64,000 bases of DNA, taken from the NCBI RefSeq assembly GCF_022045235.1, contig NW_027266266.1, forward strand, positions 35,464,001-35,528,000, given 5' to 3'. Origin of the DNA: Haliotis cracherodii. Lineage: Eukaryota. The number at the start of each line of letters is the position of its first letter. Position 1 is the first letter of the stretch. Positions 40,025 through 51,300 of this stretch are shown one piece after another. The notes under the pieces were generated by a model. That model was not told the origin of the DNA. It saw nothing but the letters and a program-made list of their open reading frames with translations, and made no database searches. The position numbers and the translations under genes are program-made.

Positions 40025-40760
40025 AGTGTTTGTTTGTTGTTAAACGTCGCACTCTGCCATATTCAAGCTATATAACGGCGGTCTGTAACTAATCGAGTCT
40101 GGACCAGACAATCCAGTGATTGATATAATAAGAATCGATTCACGCAATCAATCAATCAATCAGTTTATTTGGTAATAAGGCCTCAGGCCCACGTACATGT
40201 ATATACAAATTAGTTTCACATCAAGTGCTGCATGAAATAATATTTACAGGTAAGAAGAACGAAGACAGATAGCATTTTTAACATAATTGGCTAAGTTCTC
40301 AAGGCGGTTTACATCAGAAGAGTTTAACATTCTAACCAGTGTGTCTTTACGATTATTAAAAGTAATGAAGTCTAAATATGGGAAATATTTTGAACGAATA
40401 TCTTCATAAATAGGGCAAACAAGAATGAAATGAATTTCATTTTCAACTGCCCTTAACTTGCACAATGGACAAAACCGGAGTGTCTTATCGGTGCCATCCC
40501 TCCTTCCTGTATTATGCATAATTCCCAGTTCTCCAATACGTTAAAGGGTAAGCATACGTCGCTTTTCTTTTGATACTACATTTAATAGATACGGTTCAGG
40601 TGATAATGATGTCTTAAATAATGAATACAGTTCTAATTTCGAGCAATTGTGATACGATGACATGCATCAACCAAGTCATCTAGCCTGACCACCCGATCCC
40701 GTTTGTCGCCTCCATGACAAACACAGTCGCCTCTTACCACAAGCATGGGTTGCTCAATCA
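40025..40760 (-). mobile_element. SINE family 2 split by the LINE insertion
   Basis: The 3' half (40025-40148) and 5' half (40643-40760) join into a contiguous copy that matches the intact 14240-14467 element. Confidence 0.75.
40144..40647 (-). mobile_element. 5'-truncated LINE (3' end of ORF2 plus microsatellite tail) inserted into a SINE
   Basis: Minus-strand peptide RFCPLCKLRAVENEIHFILVCPIYEDIRSKY is the typical C-terminal Cys/His motif of non-LTR ORF2. It is followed by AATAAA and a (TGAT)n tail. GCAAT occurs at both junctions. Confidence 0.8.
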
Positions 40761-41089
40761 ATGAATCAATATTCTATTCTTAAAAAAACATTCACACCCA
40801 CGGCGGTACAGCAGAAAAAGTTTTTAAACACTATAATAATTTGTATTTAACAAGATGTCGGTTATACTGTTCAAATATTTGGCGACATTTAAACAATTTG
40901 TTTGAAAATGTGTATGAACATTTAAACAGAAAACCATACATGAACAACCCAGTATACAGATTGAGAACACATATACACTCACCGTCAAAGGTACGTATCT
41001 AGTATACATATGAATTGTACATTTTATGTTACATGTCTGCTACTTAACAAATTTTTTCTGTATATTTTGATATAAGGAGCTGCGTATAT

Positions 41090-41820
41090 TTATTTGAGAT
41101 AAATTTGGATCTTGATTCACGGAAAGCTTCTTATTCACATTTAAACAGGAAGTGGAATTCAACGCCTACAGCTGCAGCATACGCAGTTTACGTGTTCTTA
41201 ATTCTCTGTCAATACCAAGCAAACGGCCGCCAACTTCGACAGGTCGATTATGGTTACATGTTTTGTATTTCAGAATAGGATGCTATATGTGTTTAGATAG
41301 GAGAAGAAAGTTTTCAAATGACGTGATATCATTTAATTATTTATAATCTTACCCCTGTGAACTTCTCTCGACGTCTGATCCCCAATCTTCACAGGACATT
41401 TTAGTTTGTTCTATATGGCCAGTTAGCCACTCGCTTTTCCAAGATCACAAGCTAGTTTAAGGAATTTTTAATGAATCTTTTCATTATTTTCACAGTTTCG
41501 TATGCCAGAATTTCACAGCTATATAATAATATTGGCAATATCATAACATCAAAAGCATTGAGGATACAGTCCAAAGGAATATTATAATTTCTACATTTTT
41601 TGAGAAGACAGATCATGGCTAAAGACGCACTCTCTGATAAACATTTTATTGTTGACTTGAAACTTATGTTTCTAATGAATATAACACCGTACGTATAATT
41701 GTCTACAGTATCAATTTCCGTATTCTCCAAATAAAAAGATAACATACTGTTTTTCGACGTCCCGCTTCGAAATGTTTTTTTTCCAGGTTTACGTCTAATT
41801 GCCAAGTGAACACACAACGC
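41090..41820 (-). mobile_element. Degenerate LINE ORF2 fragment (region C-terminal to the RT domain)
   Basis: Peptide FYLENTEIDTVDNYTYGVIF...AFDVMILPILLYSCEILAY matches the 'IEIVxxYxYLG...PILLYGCEIW' pattern of non-LTR retrotransposons. Boundaries are approximate. Confidence 0.7.
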
Positions 41821-42039
41821 CCTTTAGAAAGTAATCAAAATTAACAAATGTTATATTTGGAATAATACTTTCTGAGTAAAGTACATATTCTCGTACTTTT
41901 TTGTCTGGAGACCCGTCCGGGATTCGAGGCACCTAATATTGCCAAATATTGCAACAACTTTTAAAAGAATCTAATGTATTCTGGAGTTCAGGGATCAGTT
42001 GCAGAATCAGCAAAGAGGAGAGTGTCCGACCGCCCCACC

Positions 42040-42160
42040 GTGTTTATAGTGCCAGCCCACTGAGATACCGCAGTTTGAAATGAATACCCCACTCAGACAC
42101 AGTATACTGACTCCGAGCCGAGCCGACCTGAGCCAGGCAGGGTAACAACAAGTACGTTCT
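42040..42160 (-). mobile_element. SINE family 1 core fragment
   Basis: ccccactcagacacagtatactgactccgagccga...ccaggcagggtaacaacaagtac. Confidence 0.7.
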
Positions 42161-42347
42161 CTTATCGTCTGTTGATATGGCGAGGTAAAGAGAATACTCA
42201 AATTGAAAGAAATTTAGACTCTGTCTGTTTGTATGCCCTTATTGGCTGCAATACACTTTGCCTACAGTACTATCAAAACAACTTCAGGTTTCAGTGATTA
42301 TGGCTGCCACGTCTTCATCACTACACAAGGATACATAGCCCACATTC

Positions 42348-42585
42348 CATGACCATCCGGGGTAGAACAGGCCTTCAGCAACCCATGCTTGCCGTAAATG
42401 GCGACTCTAATTGTCGTAAGAGGCGACAGACGGGATCGGGTGGTTGGGTGGTCATCGTATCCCATTTACGTAGATCGATGCTCATGATATCAGTGACTAG
42501 ATTGTCTGGTCGAGACTCGATTATTTACATACTGCAGCCATGTAGCTGGAATAATGCGGCTTTAAACAGACAAACAAACAAACAC
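42348..42585 (+). mobile_element. SINE family 2
   Basis: tgaccatccggggtagaacaggccttcagcaacccatgcttg...gtcgtaagaggcgac...gcggctttaaacagacaaacaaac. Confidence 0.75.
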
Positions 42586-42671
42586 AATTTATACCCGTGC
42601 TCATTTAATGCTCACAAATACCATGCAGGGTGCTGCAACAGCATATTACACGTGCACCATCTCGTGGGGAG

Positions 42672-42956
42672 ACCGCCTCCGTGGTCTGGTGGTAGAGCGC
42701 CCGCCCGGAGAGCGGAAGGTCGGGAGTTCTATCTCCGGCCGCGTCATACCAAAAGACATTACAAGATGGTACTTGTTGTTACCCAGTCTAGCGCTCGGCA
42801 CTAAGGGGCTATATCAAGTACTGGTCGGCTCGGAGTCAGTATACTGTGTCTGAGAAGGGTATTCATGTTAAACTGCGGCATGGTATCACACTGAGTTAGT
42901 ACTATAAATCGGCATCAGCCCGGACTAGTACAAGCAGCCACACACACACACACACA

Positions 42957-42996
<40 letters not shown>
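42672..42996 (+). mobile_element. tRNA-derived SINE, family 1, ending in an expanded (CA)n
   Basis: Head ccgcctccgtggtctggtggtagagcg, conserved core, and (CA)n at 42939-42996. Confidence 0.8.
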
Positions 42997-42997
<1 letters not shown>

Positions 42998-43175
42998 TGC
43001 AGGTTCAATTCACGTGATGGAATTTCTTTGTTGATAAATATTGATTTTTTAACCAGTCAAAAATCAACATAAGATGCGAATCAATTGATATTGTTGATAA
43101 GTAAAACCTCTAACCTCAAATTACTTTAAGGAAAAACCTCCCTATGAATATTCAACTTTCAACTTGATTGTGTAA

Positions 43176-43550
43176 CCGCCTTCGTGAGAGCGGAAGGTCA
43201 GGGGTTCAATTCCCGGCCGCGTCATACCAAAACACGTTCTTGTCTTGACGTAGCTTGTTGTTACCCTGCCTGGTGCTCGGCATTAAGGGAATAACACAAG
43301 GACTGGTCGGCTCGGCATTAAGGGAATAACACAAGGACTGGTCGGCTCGGAGTCAGTATACTGTGTCTGAGTGGGGTATTCATGTTGAACTGCGGCATAG
43401 TATCTCACTGGATAGCACTATACAATCGTTCATTAGTCCGGACTAGTACAAGCAACCCTACACACACACACGCGTGCATGCACGTCACTATTTTAGTGTT
43501 AATAATCTTGGGCGCGACGTTAAACCCCATTTCATCTGATCACCTGATCA
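43176..43550 (+). mobile_element. tRNA-derived SINE, family 1, with an internal ~35-bp tandem duplication
   Basis: B box ggttcaattcc, ctcggcattaagggaataacacaaggactggtcgg present twice, and tail gcgcgacgttaaaccccatttca. Confidence 0.8.
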
Positions 43551-43718
43551 CATTGATTGAGTGCAAGTTCATGGTTTAAAAGAGGAGAGATTTTAGATCT
43601 CAAAACCCCTTCGGTTTATCTGCTAAATAAAACATATACAACATTGAGATTCGTAGTTTCTTTGATTTATTCAAAACACACAGACAAACAGGCTCATGAT
43701 GGAGTGGAGAACCCAGCG

Positions 43719-45205
43719 CTATCCAGCCTGCAAAGAGAAGCACATCACCATATAGTTCCCTGAATAGATCAAGATGATTAAACAATTGGCAATTTGCGTA
43801 ATGAGTTATTTCAAGCCAACTCAAAAGAAACATTAGGGTTTCTAGATATTGAAAAGAGTGTGTTAAATGACTTTTGAAAAAAGTGCAGGTTACTGCGTTG
43901 CAATACCACCGTGAACAATATATCAGTTATGTCTGGGGGAGTCAAACGGAGTACTCACTGGCTTTACCAGTTGGTGGAAACCCGCGAGCACGGGCATGGT
44001 GTTTACAAACCATAGATAACAATCCGAGTTAATTTGGGATATTGACCAACATTGGAAAGGCACGCGACTCTGACACATCTACAGTACGGCGATTTGAACG
44101 TGTGTGGATTACATTCAAAAGGGTGTGTAGTAAATTATTGACGACATACCAGGACAGTCAAACAGAAGTTCCTTAGCCAGTTGTCTACGCCGATTCCGCC
44201 GATGAGGAGCATACAGAAGGGATTCAGTTCCGCTCCTTCAGTACCAGTTACTCCCGTCTCGCCTGTACTGCCGATCACGGTATTAGAGACCCCTTGTGGG
44301 CCAGTGAAACCTGCAACTCCGGTACCCCCATTATCCCCAACAGCGCCAGTATCCCCCATGTTTCCGATATCACCATTACCTCCAATAATACCTCTATTCC
44401 CAACACCACCCGTGACCCCCGGGGCTCCATTGCCTCCACCCATGCCCGTGGATCCAGTGTCTCCAGTGTCTCCAGTGTATCCGGTGTATCCGGTGTAGCC
44501 TTGTACCCCTGTTGTCCCGGTGTCTCCAGTATTGCCTGTGGAGCCAGTAATACCAGTACTTCCAGTGTTTCCAGTATAGCCTGTAAAGCCATCCTTGCCC
44601 TGTACCCCCATAATCCCCATTGTTCCTTTCTGGCCCATCGCGCCAGTATCGCCAGTGTCACCGATGTTTCCCGTATATCCTGTGTATCCCGTATAGCCGG
44701 TGCCGCCCGTGTAACCAATCATTCCGACAGGGCCCTGTGATCCAGTGTTCCCCTGTGGTCCAGTATCTCCTGATACCCCTCCGGTACCCTCAACTCCTCT
44801 AGGTCCTGAAATGCCTTGTGTGCCTGTCGACCCTTGTGGACCCGTTGACCCTGTAAACCCAGTGTAGCCCTTGGGCCCTTGTGCACCTGTTGGGCCCATG
44901 TCCCCCGTCGGACCGGTCACCCCCTGCGTTCCTGTAATGCCCTTAACGCCAATGGTGCCGGTTGCTCCTCTAGGTCCTGTTGGACCTGTCCGACCAGTAG
45001 GACCTGCCAAACGAAACACAAATTTCACAAATAATCACACACTGCAAAAAAATACAAACAGTGGACGCACACACTAAAATAAAGATACGTATAGTAAGTG
45101 AATTGATGGAAAATACAATCGTTAAGTAAAATGACAAGAAATACCTTTCGAGTGACCAGCGGCCAGTGCAAGTACAGTGAGGAGAACGATGCTGCTTGTC
45201 CACAT
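43719..45205 (-). CDS. Secreted short-chain collagen-like protein, Gly-X-Thr-rich (307 aa); exons 45205-45145, 45003-44150, 43727-43719
   Basis: Exon 1 encodes the signal peptide [20 protein letters not shown] and ends in a phase-1 GT donor. The acceptor tgtgtttcgtttggcag precedes 80 uninterrupted GXY triplets, NTVI, 5 more triplets and [27 protein letters not shown] donor CTG|GTATGT at 44150/44149 joins the acceptor cttctctttgcag, giving ...AG*. AATAAA lies about 50 nt downstream (43671-43666). If the last intron is not spliced, the ORF ends at 44135 (...VLVCRQ*). Gly codons are mixed, so this is not a DNA tandem repeat. Confidence 0.88.
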
Positions 45206-45235
45206 GTCTGAATGCCTAAGAGCCCGATCTGGGTA

Positions 45236-45272
45236 CTGTTCTGAACAAAGCCAAATCACCACCCATATATAC
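45236..45272 (-). promoter_or_regulatory. Candidate TATA box and initiator of the collagen-like gene
   Basis: Minus-strand TATATAT at 45271-45265, with an Inr-like TTCAGA about 25-30 nt downstream and about 35 nt before the ATG at 45205. Confidence 0.5.
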
Positions 45273-46153
45273 GATATGAGGTGTCCAATTTTATCAGGTA
45301 TTGTCAGTTAAGTGATAACATCTGTGCATGTGACATCGTTCCTCCGCCTTCTTCTACAACAGCTGTTACAGCTTCTCGGGGACAGGCAGTGGTCTGAGAT
45401 CTGCCAGCTGACCAACATCAAACAAACATAATAAAACAAACGATGTTTGGACACCAGTAACACATACAGAATTAACAAATAGCGCAGTACATTCCAAAAC
45501 ATTCAATCTCGTTCCCAGTAATCCAATTCAAGAAAACACAATCCATATTCAGAAACATTCCGCGAAGGGAAAGCATAGACATTTTGGAATCAGAAGTCAG
45601 TTGTCTGATCAAAAGTTGAAATGATATTCCAATTAATGTTTTTTTCCAAACATTTTCTTCTAGTTACTTGCAGAGGTGTATTCAAAATAATTTTCGCTTC
45701 TCAACTGCTAGATTATTGGTTACATCCCTCACTTTTTATCGGGAAAAGTAAAGGTGATTCCTCCCATGGCTACACATTGTAAAGACGCTTCGTGGAGTTA
45801 ACCACAAAGGCGTAGATGGTATGCTTCTAAATGCACTCAACAGTATAAACATTATTATAGCTAAAAAGGATAGAATTATCATTAAACCACCCGCACGTTA
45901 TCAGAAATGAGCGCGCCGCTGTAACTTGATAATTCCCTCATAGTGCTTGCATATAAGCCTGTTGTTAGGTGACTGTGATAGGGGTAGAGAAAGTGACGTC
46001 ACGTTTTATAGTGACGTCATCTGTTTTTTTCTGTGACGTTTCCATATTTGTAAACGTGGGTCAGTGACATTCATGTTGATTGCAGTAAATGTTTCAAAAC
46101 CGACAGTGTTGTTTCTTTTTATTTGATAACAAATTCCATCCATTTTAGCTATA

Positions 46154-46294
46154 ATAACGGTCACGCTATTTTTCAGGGCATTATCATTTGCAGAAGCCCT
46201 CGGTCTTTTCAACTGCCCTCCTTCGTCGGGCAGTTAATGGAAAACCTCGAGCTTCTGCAAATGATAATGCCCTGAAAAATAGCGTTACCCTTAT
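46154..46294. repeat. ~140-bp hairpin / inverted repeat
   Basis: Perfect 35-bp arms at 46163-46197 and 46251-46285, plus an inner stem aactgccc/gggcagtt. Confidence 0.9.
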
Positions 46295-47034
46295 AATAAT
46301 TATCAATGACAAACAATATATTTTGCCCACGTTGCTGACAACCTTCCACATATGTGTGTACTTGCTATTCCAAATACAGTGACATAGTGTTAATCCTGAC
46401 GGCATCGTTCCATGTGCAATTAGAATTTTCTGATTAAAACATAATTACAGTGATCAATGACCAGTGCATGTAATTAACTGGTATCGGCAGTGACCGCCCG
46501 GATAGTGGCGCCTCCCTGTTATAACGGGGTCCGGACTAGTGAGGTTGCATTGTACCAGTTGTGTAGGTTTTTCAATACCGGGTTTGCTGCAACAGGGGAG
46601 TGCAAACGGTTATTTTCTTAAATACTATAGTATAGACACGTGAGTGGCTTTAAGCAGTCAGTCAGATTTGCTGCCCTGGCTGTGTATGAGTGAGTGACTA
46701 TGGATATCGTGTTACTTATATTACGGCTTGTCCTCTAAATCACGAGAAAGGTCCAGTTTAAAAGTAGACGTAGACGTAGTCGTATATCACACTGCTAAAA
46801 TAAACACGATGAAGTTCAAACATGAGTTCAAACAAACATGAGTTCAAAACGGAGGCGAATTTGGGACTCTAACAAAAGACCCTGGAGCTTGTTGGCAAAA
46901 TAAGGTGGAGAGACAAGAACTTCATTAAAGTTGTTCGTCGGAATAGATGCATTTCCATTTTCAGAATGTGTAAAGATTAAGGGATGATTTTGTGACAGGT
47001 CATGCATGATCCTATAGGGCTACTTTAGCTACTC

Positions 47035-47322
47035 CCCGTGTAGGTCCGACCCAGAGTTGGTCTGCAGCAACCCATGCTTCCCGTAAGAGACGACTTGGCT
47101 TGTCGTAAGAGGCGACTGACGGGATCGGTGGCTTGGTTGATACATGTATGTCATCGTATCCTAATCGCGTGGATCGATGCACTTGATGTCAATCACTGGA
47201 TTGTCTGTCCCAGACTCGATTATTTACAGACCGCCGTCATATAGCTGGAATATTGCTGAGTGCGGCGTTAAACAAAAAAACCCAACAACCCGCAAAAACA
47301 AAGCAAACCAAACAAACAAACT
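47035..47322 (+). mobile_element. SINE family 2 (a further 3' fragment lies at 47808-47912)
   Basis: cagcaacccatgctt...gtcgtaagaggcgactgacgggatcgg...atagctggaatattgctgagtgcggcgttaaacaaa. Confidence 0.75.
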
Positions 47323-48369
47323 ACTTCAGCTTCAAGCATTAAATTGTTTGCACATTCAACATATGTTTATTAACTGTCCGCCAAGTCCCATTCCACCCCG
47401 GGTCAGAGGTCATGATCAGTTGGTATTCACGGTTTGGGTGAGTTCAGTTTGTTACCATCTGGTTTCACGGGATGCTATCAGTGACATGCTTCGCACTCTC
47501 AACGTGGAAGGTGACATTTCTTAGATAGCAGCATTGATTAAAATATGTAATAAACTAACAATTAATAAGGGTTGGGATCAATTAATCTTCAGCTATCTAT
47601 CTCTATTTTTCACCGATCAATCAGTCTGGATAACACGTTTAATCGTGCATGTAGAAACGCTTGTCGGTGGATTAATTTACGTGTACATGTGAACATATTT
47701 GTTCAGAAACTTTCCGCGACTTTGAACCTCCTTCCTATTTTAAGCTGACACAGCCTGGAAACTGAAATATTTTCTGTAAGTGGAACCAATGCCCCGACAC
47801 AAAACACATGGATCGATGCACTTGATGTCAATCACTGGATTGCATGGTCCAGATTCGATTATTTACAGACCGCGGTCACATTGCTGGAATATTGCTGAGC
47901 GCGGCGTTAAGGGCGCCAACTTGACTTTGACTAACCAACACTGCATGCCAAACACTTATCACCTCGTCTATTGTAAGATTGTCATTTGTTAAACGTATGG
48001 GAGTATGTACTGCAATGAAAGAAAGATAATTTATGGGATTAAAAACCCGTAAACATTCTGGACTTATCACTGCGTAAGAAGACTTTTAATGATGAAAGTC
48101 TTTCTTTCTTCATCTCATTTCTAAATTTCGACTTTCGACAAAATGGGACCGTATTCTACTAATCAGTCGGGTTCCTATGTTGCGGTTTCATATGACGTTA
48201 TTCATTGTACCATGTGGGCAGAACTCTCCATATTTTCAGGAGTTCTTAGCCACAGTGCCTTTACATACTTCAAATAAGGCAAATGCACTCCTAAAACTGA
48301 AGTGGCACCAAGCCATCCTTAAACTGTAAAAACACGCATCAACAGAGGAAAACAGGGACAGATCGAGAG

Positions 48370-51300
48370 GCACACGGAGAAACAGACATTGGATACACAG
48401 AGACACTGATACACGGAGAAACAGACATTGACCACACAGAGACACTGACACACGGAGAAACAGGCATTGACCACACAGAGACACTGACACACGGAGAAAC
48501 AGGCATTGACCACACAGAGACACTGACACACGGAGAAACAGGCATTGACCACACAGAGACACTGACACACGGAGAAACAGGCATTGACCACACAGAGACA
48601 CTGACACACGGAGAAACAGGCATTGACCACACAGAGACACTGACACACGGGGAAACAGGCATTGACCACACAGAGACACTGACACACGGAGAAACAGATA
48701 TTGAATACACAGAGACACTGACACACGGAGAAACAGACATTGACCACACAGAGACACTGACACACCGAGAAACAGACATTGGATACACAGAGACACTGAC
48801 ACACGGAGAAACAGACATTGGATACAATGAGACACTGACACACCGAGAAACAGACATTGAATACACAGAGACACTGACACACGGAGAAACAGACATTGGA
48901 TACACAGAGACTCTGACACACGGGGAAACAGATATTGGATACACAAAGACGCTGAGACACGGAGAAACAGACATTGACCACACAGAGACACTGACACACG
49001 GAGAAACAGGCATTGACCACACAGAGACACTGACACACGGAGAAACAGGCATTGACCACACAGAGACACTGACACACGGAGAAACGGGCATTGACCACAC
49101 AGAGACACTGACACACGGAGAAACAGACATTGGATACACAGAGACACTGACACACCGAGAGACAGACATTGAATACAGTGAGACACTGACACACGGAGAA
49201 ACAGATATTGAATACACAGAGACACTGACACACGGAGAAACAGATATTGAATACACAGAAACACTGACACAAGGAGAAACAGACATTGGATACACAGAGA
49301 CTCTGACACACGGAGAAACAGATATTGAATACACAGAGACACTGACACACGGAGAAACAGATATTGAATACACAGAGACACTGACACACGGAGAAACAGA
49401 CATTGGATACAGTGAGACACTGACACACGGAGAAACAGATATTGAATACACAGAGACACTGACACACGGAGAAAGAGATATTGAATACACAGAGACACTG
49501 ACACACGGAGAAACAGATATTGAATACACAGAGACACTGAGACACGGAGAAACAGATATTGAATACACAGAGACACTGACACACGGAGAAACAGACATTG
49601 GATACACAGAGACACTGAGACACGGAGAAACAGATATTGGATACAGTGAGACATTGACACACGGAGAAACAGACATTGGATACAGTGAGACACTGACACA
49701 CGGAGAAACAGATATTGAATACACAGAGACACTGACACACGGAGAAACAGATATTGGATACAGTGAGACACTGACACACCGAGAGACAGATATTGGATAC
49801 AGTGAGACACTGGCACACAGAGAGACAGACATTGGATACACAGAGACACTGACATACGGAGAAACAGACATTGGATACACAGAGACACTGACACACGGAG
49901 AAACAGGCATTGAATACACAGAGACATTGACACACGGAGAAACAGACATTTGATACACAGAGACACTGACACACGGAGAAACAGACATTGGATACAGTGA
50001 GACACTGACACACGGAGATACAGACATTGACCACACAGAGACACTGACACACGGAGAAACAGGCATTGACCACACAGAGACACTAACACACGGAGAAACA
50101 GGCATTGACCACACAGAGACACTGACACACCGAGAAACAGACATTGGATTCACAGAGACACTGACACACAGAGAGACAGATATTGAATACAGTGAGACAC
50201 TGACACACGGAGAAACAGATATTGAATACACAGAGACACTGACACACGGAGAAACAGGCATTGAATACACAGAGACACTGACACACGGAGAAACAGATAT
50301 TGGATACACAGAGACACTGACACACGGAGAAACAGATATTGAATACACAGAGACACTGACACACGGAGAAACAGATATTGAATACACAGAGACACTGACA
50401 CACGGAGAAACAGATATTGAATACACAGAGACACTGACACACGGAGAAACAGATATTGAATACACAGAGACACTGACACACGGAGAAACAGACATTGGAT
50501 ACAGTGAGACACTGACACACGGAGAAACAGATATTGAATACACAGAGACACTGACACACGGAGAAACAGATATTGAATACACAGAGACACTGACACACGG
50601 AGAAACAGATATTGAATACACAGAGACACTTACACACGGAGAAACAGATATTGAATACACAGAGACACTGACACACGGAGAAACAGACATTAGATACACA
50701 GAGACACTGAGACACGGAGAAACAGATATTGAATACACAGAGACACTGACACACGGAGAAACAGATATTGAATACACAGAGACACTGACACACGGAGAAA
50801 CAGATATTGGATACACAGAGACACTTACACACGGAGAAACAGATATTGAATACACAGAGACACTGACACACGGAGAAACAGACATTGGATACAGTAAGAC
50901 ACTGACACACGGAGAAACAGATATTGAATACACAGAGACACTGACACACGGAGAAACAGATATTGAATACACAGAGACACTGACACACGGAGAAAGAGAT
51001 ATTGAATACACAGAGACACTGACACACGGAGAAACAGGCATTGAATACACAGAGACATTGACACACGGAGAAACAGACATTTGATACACAGAGACACTGA
51101 AACACGGAGAAACAGACATTGGATACAGTGAGACACTGACACACGGAGATACAGACATTGACCACACAGAGACACTGACACACGGAGAAACACGCATTGA
51201 CCACACAGAGACACTGACACACGGAGAAACAGGCATTGACCACACAGAGACACTGACACACGGAGAAACAGACATTGGACTCACAGAGACACTGACACAC

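Noticed and set aside
44135-45028. Bacterial (BclA-like) or viral contamination as the source of the GXT collagen
   Set aside because: The gene has GT-AG introns, a separate signal-peptide exon, TATA and AATAAA, and is embedded among host SINEs. Ancient horizontal transfer cannot be tested from this sequence alone.
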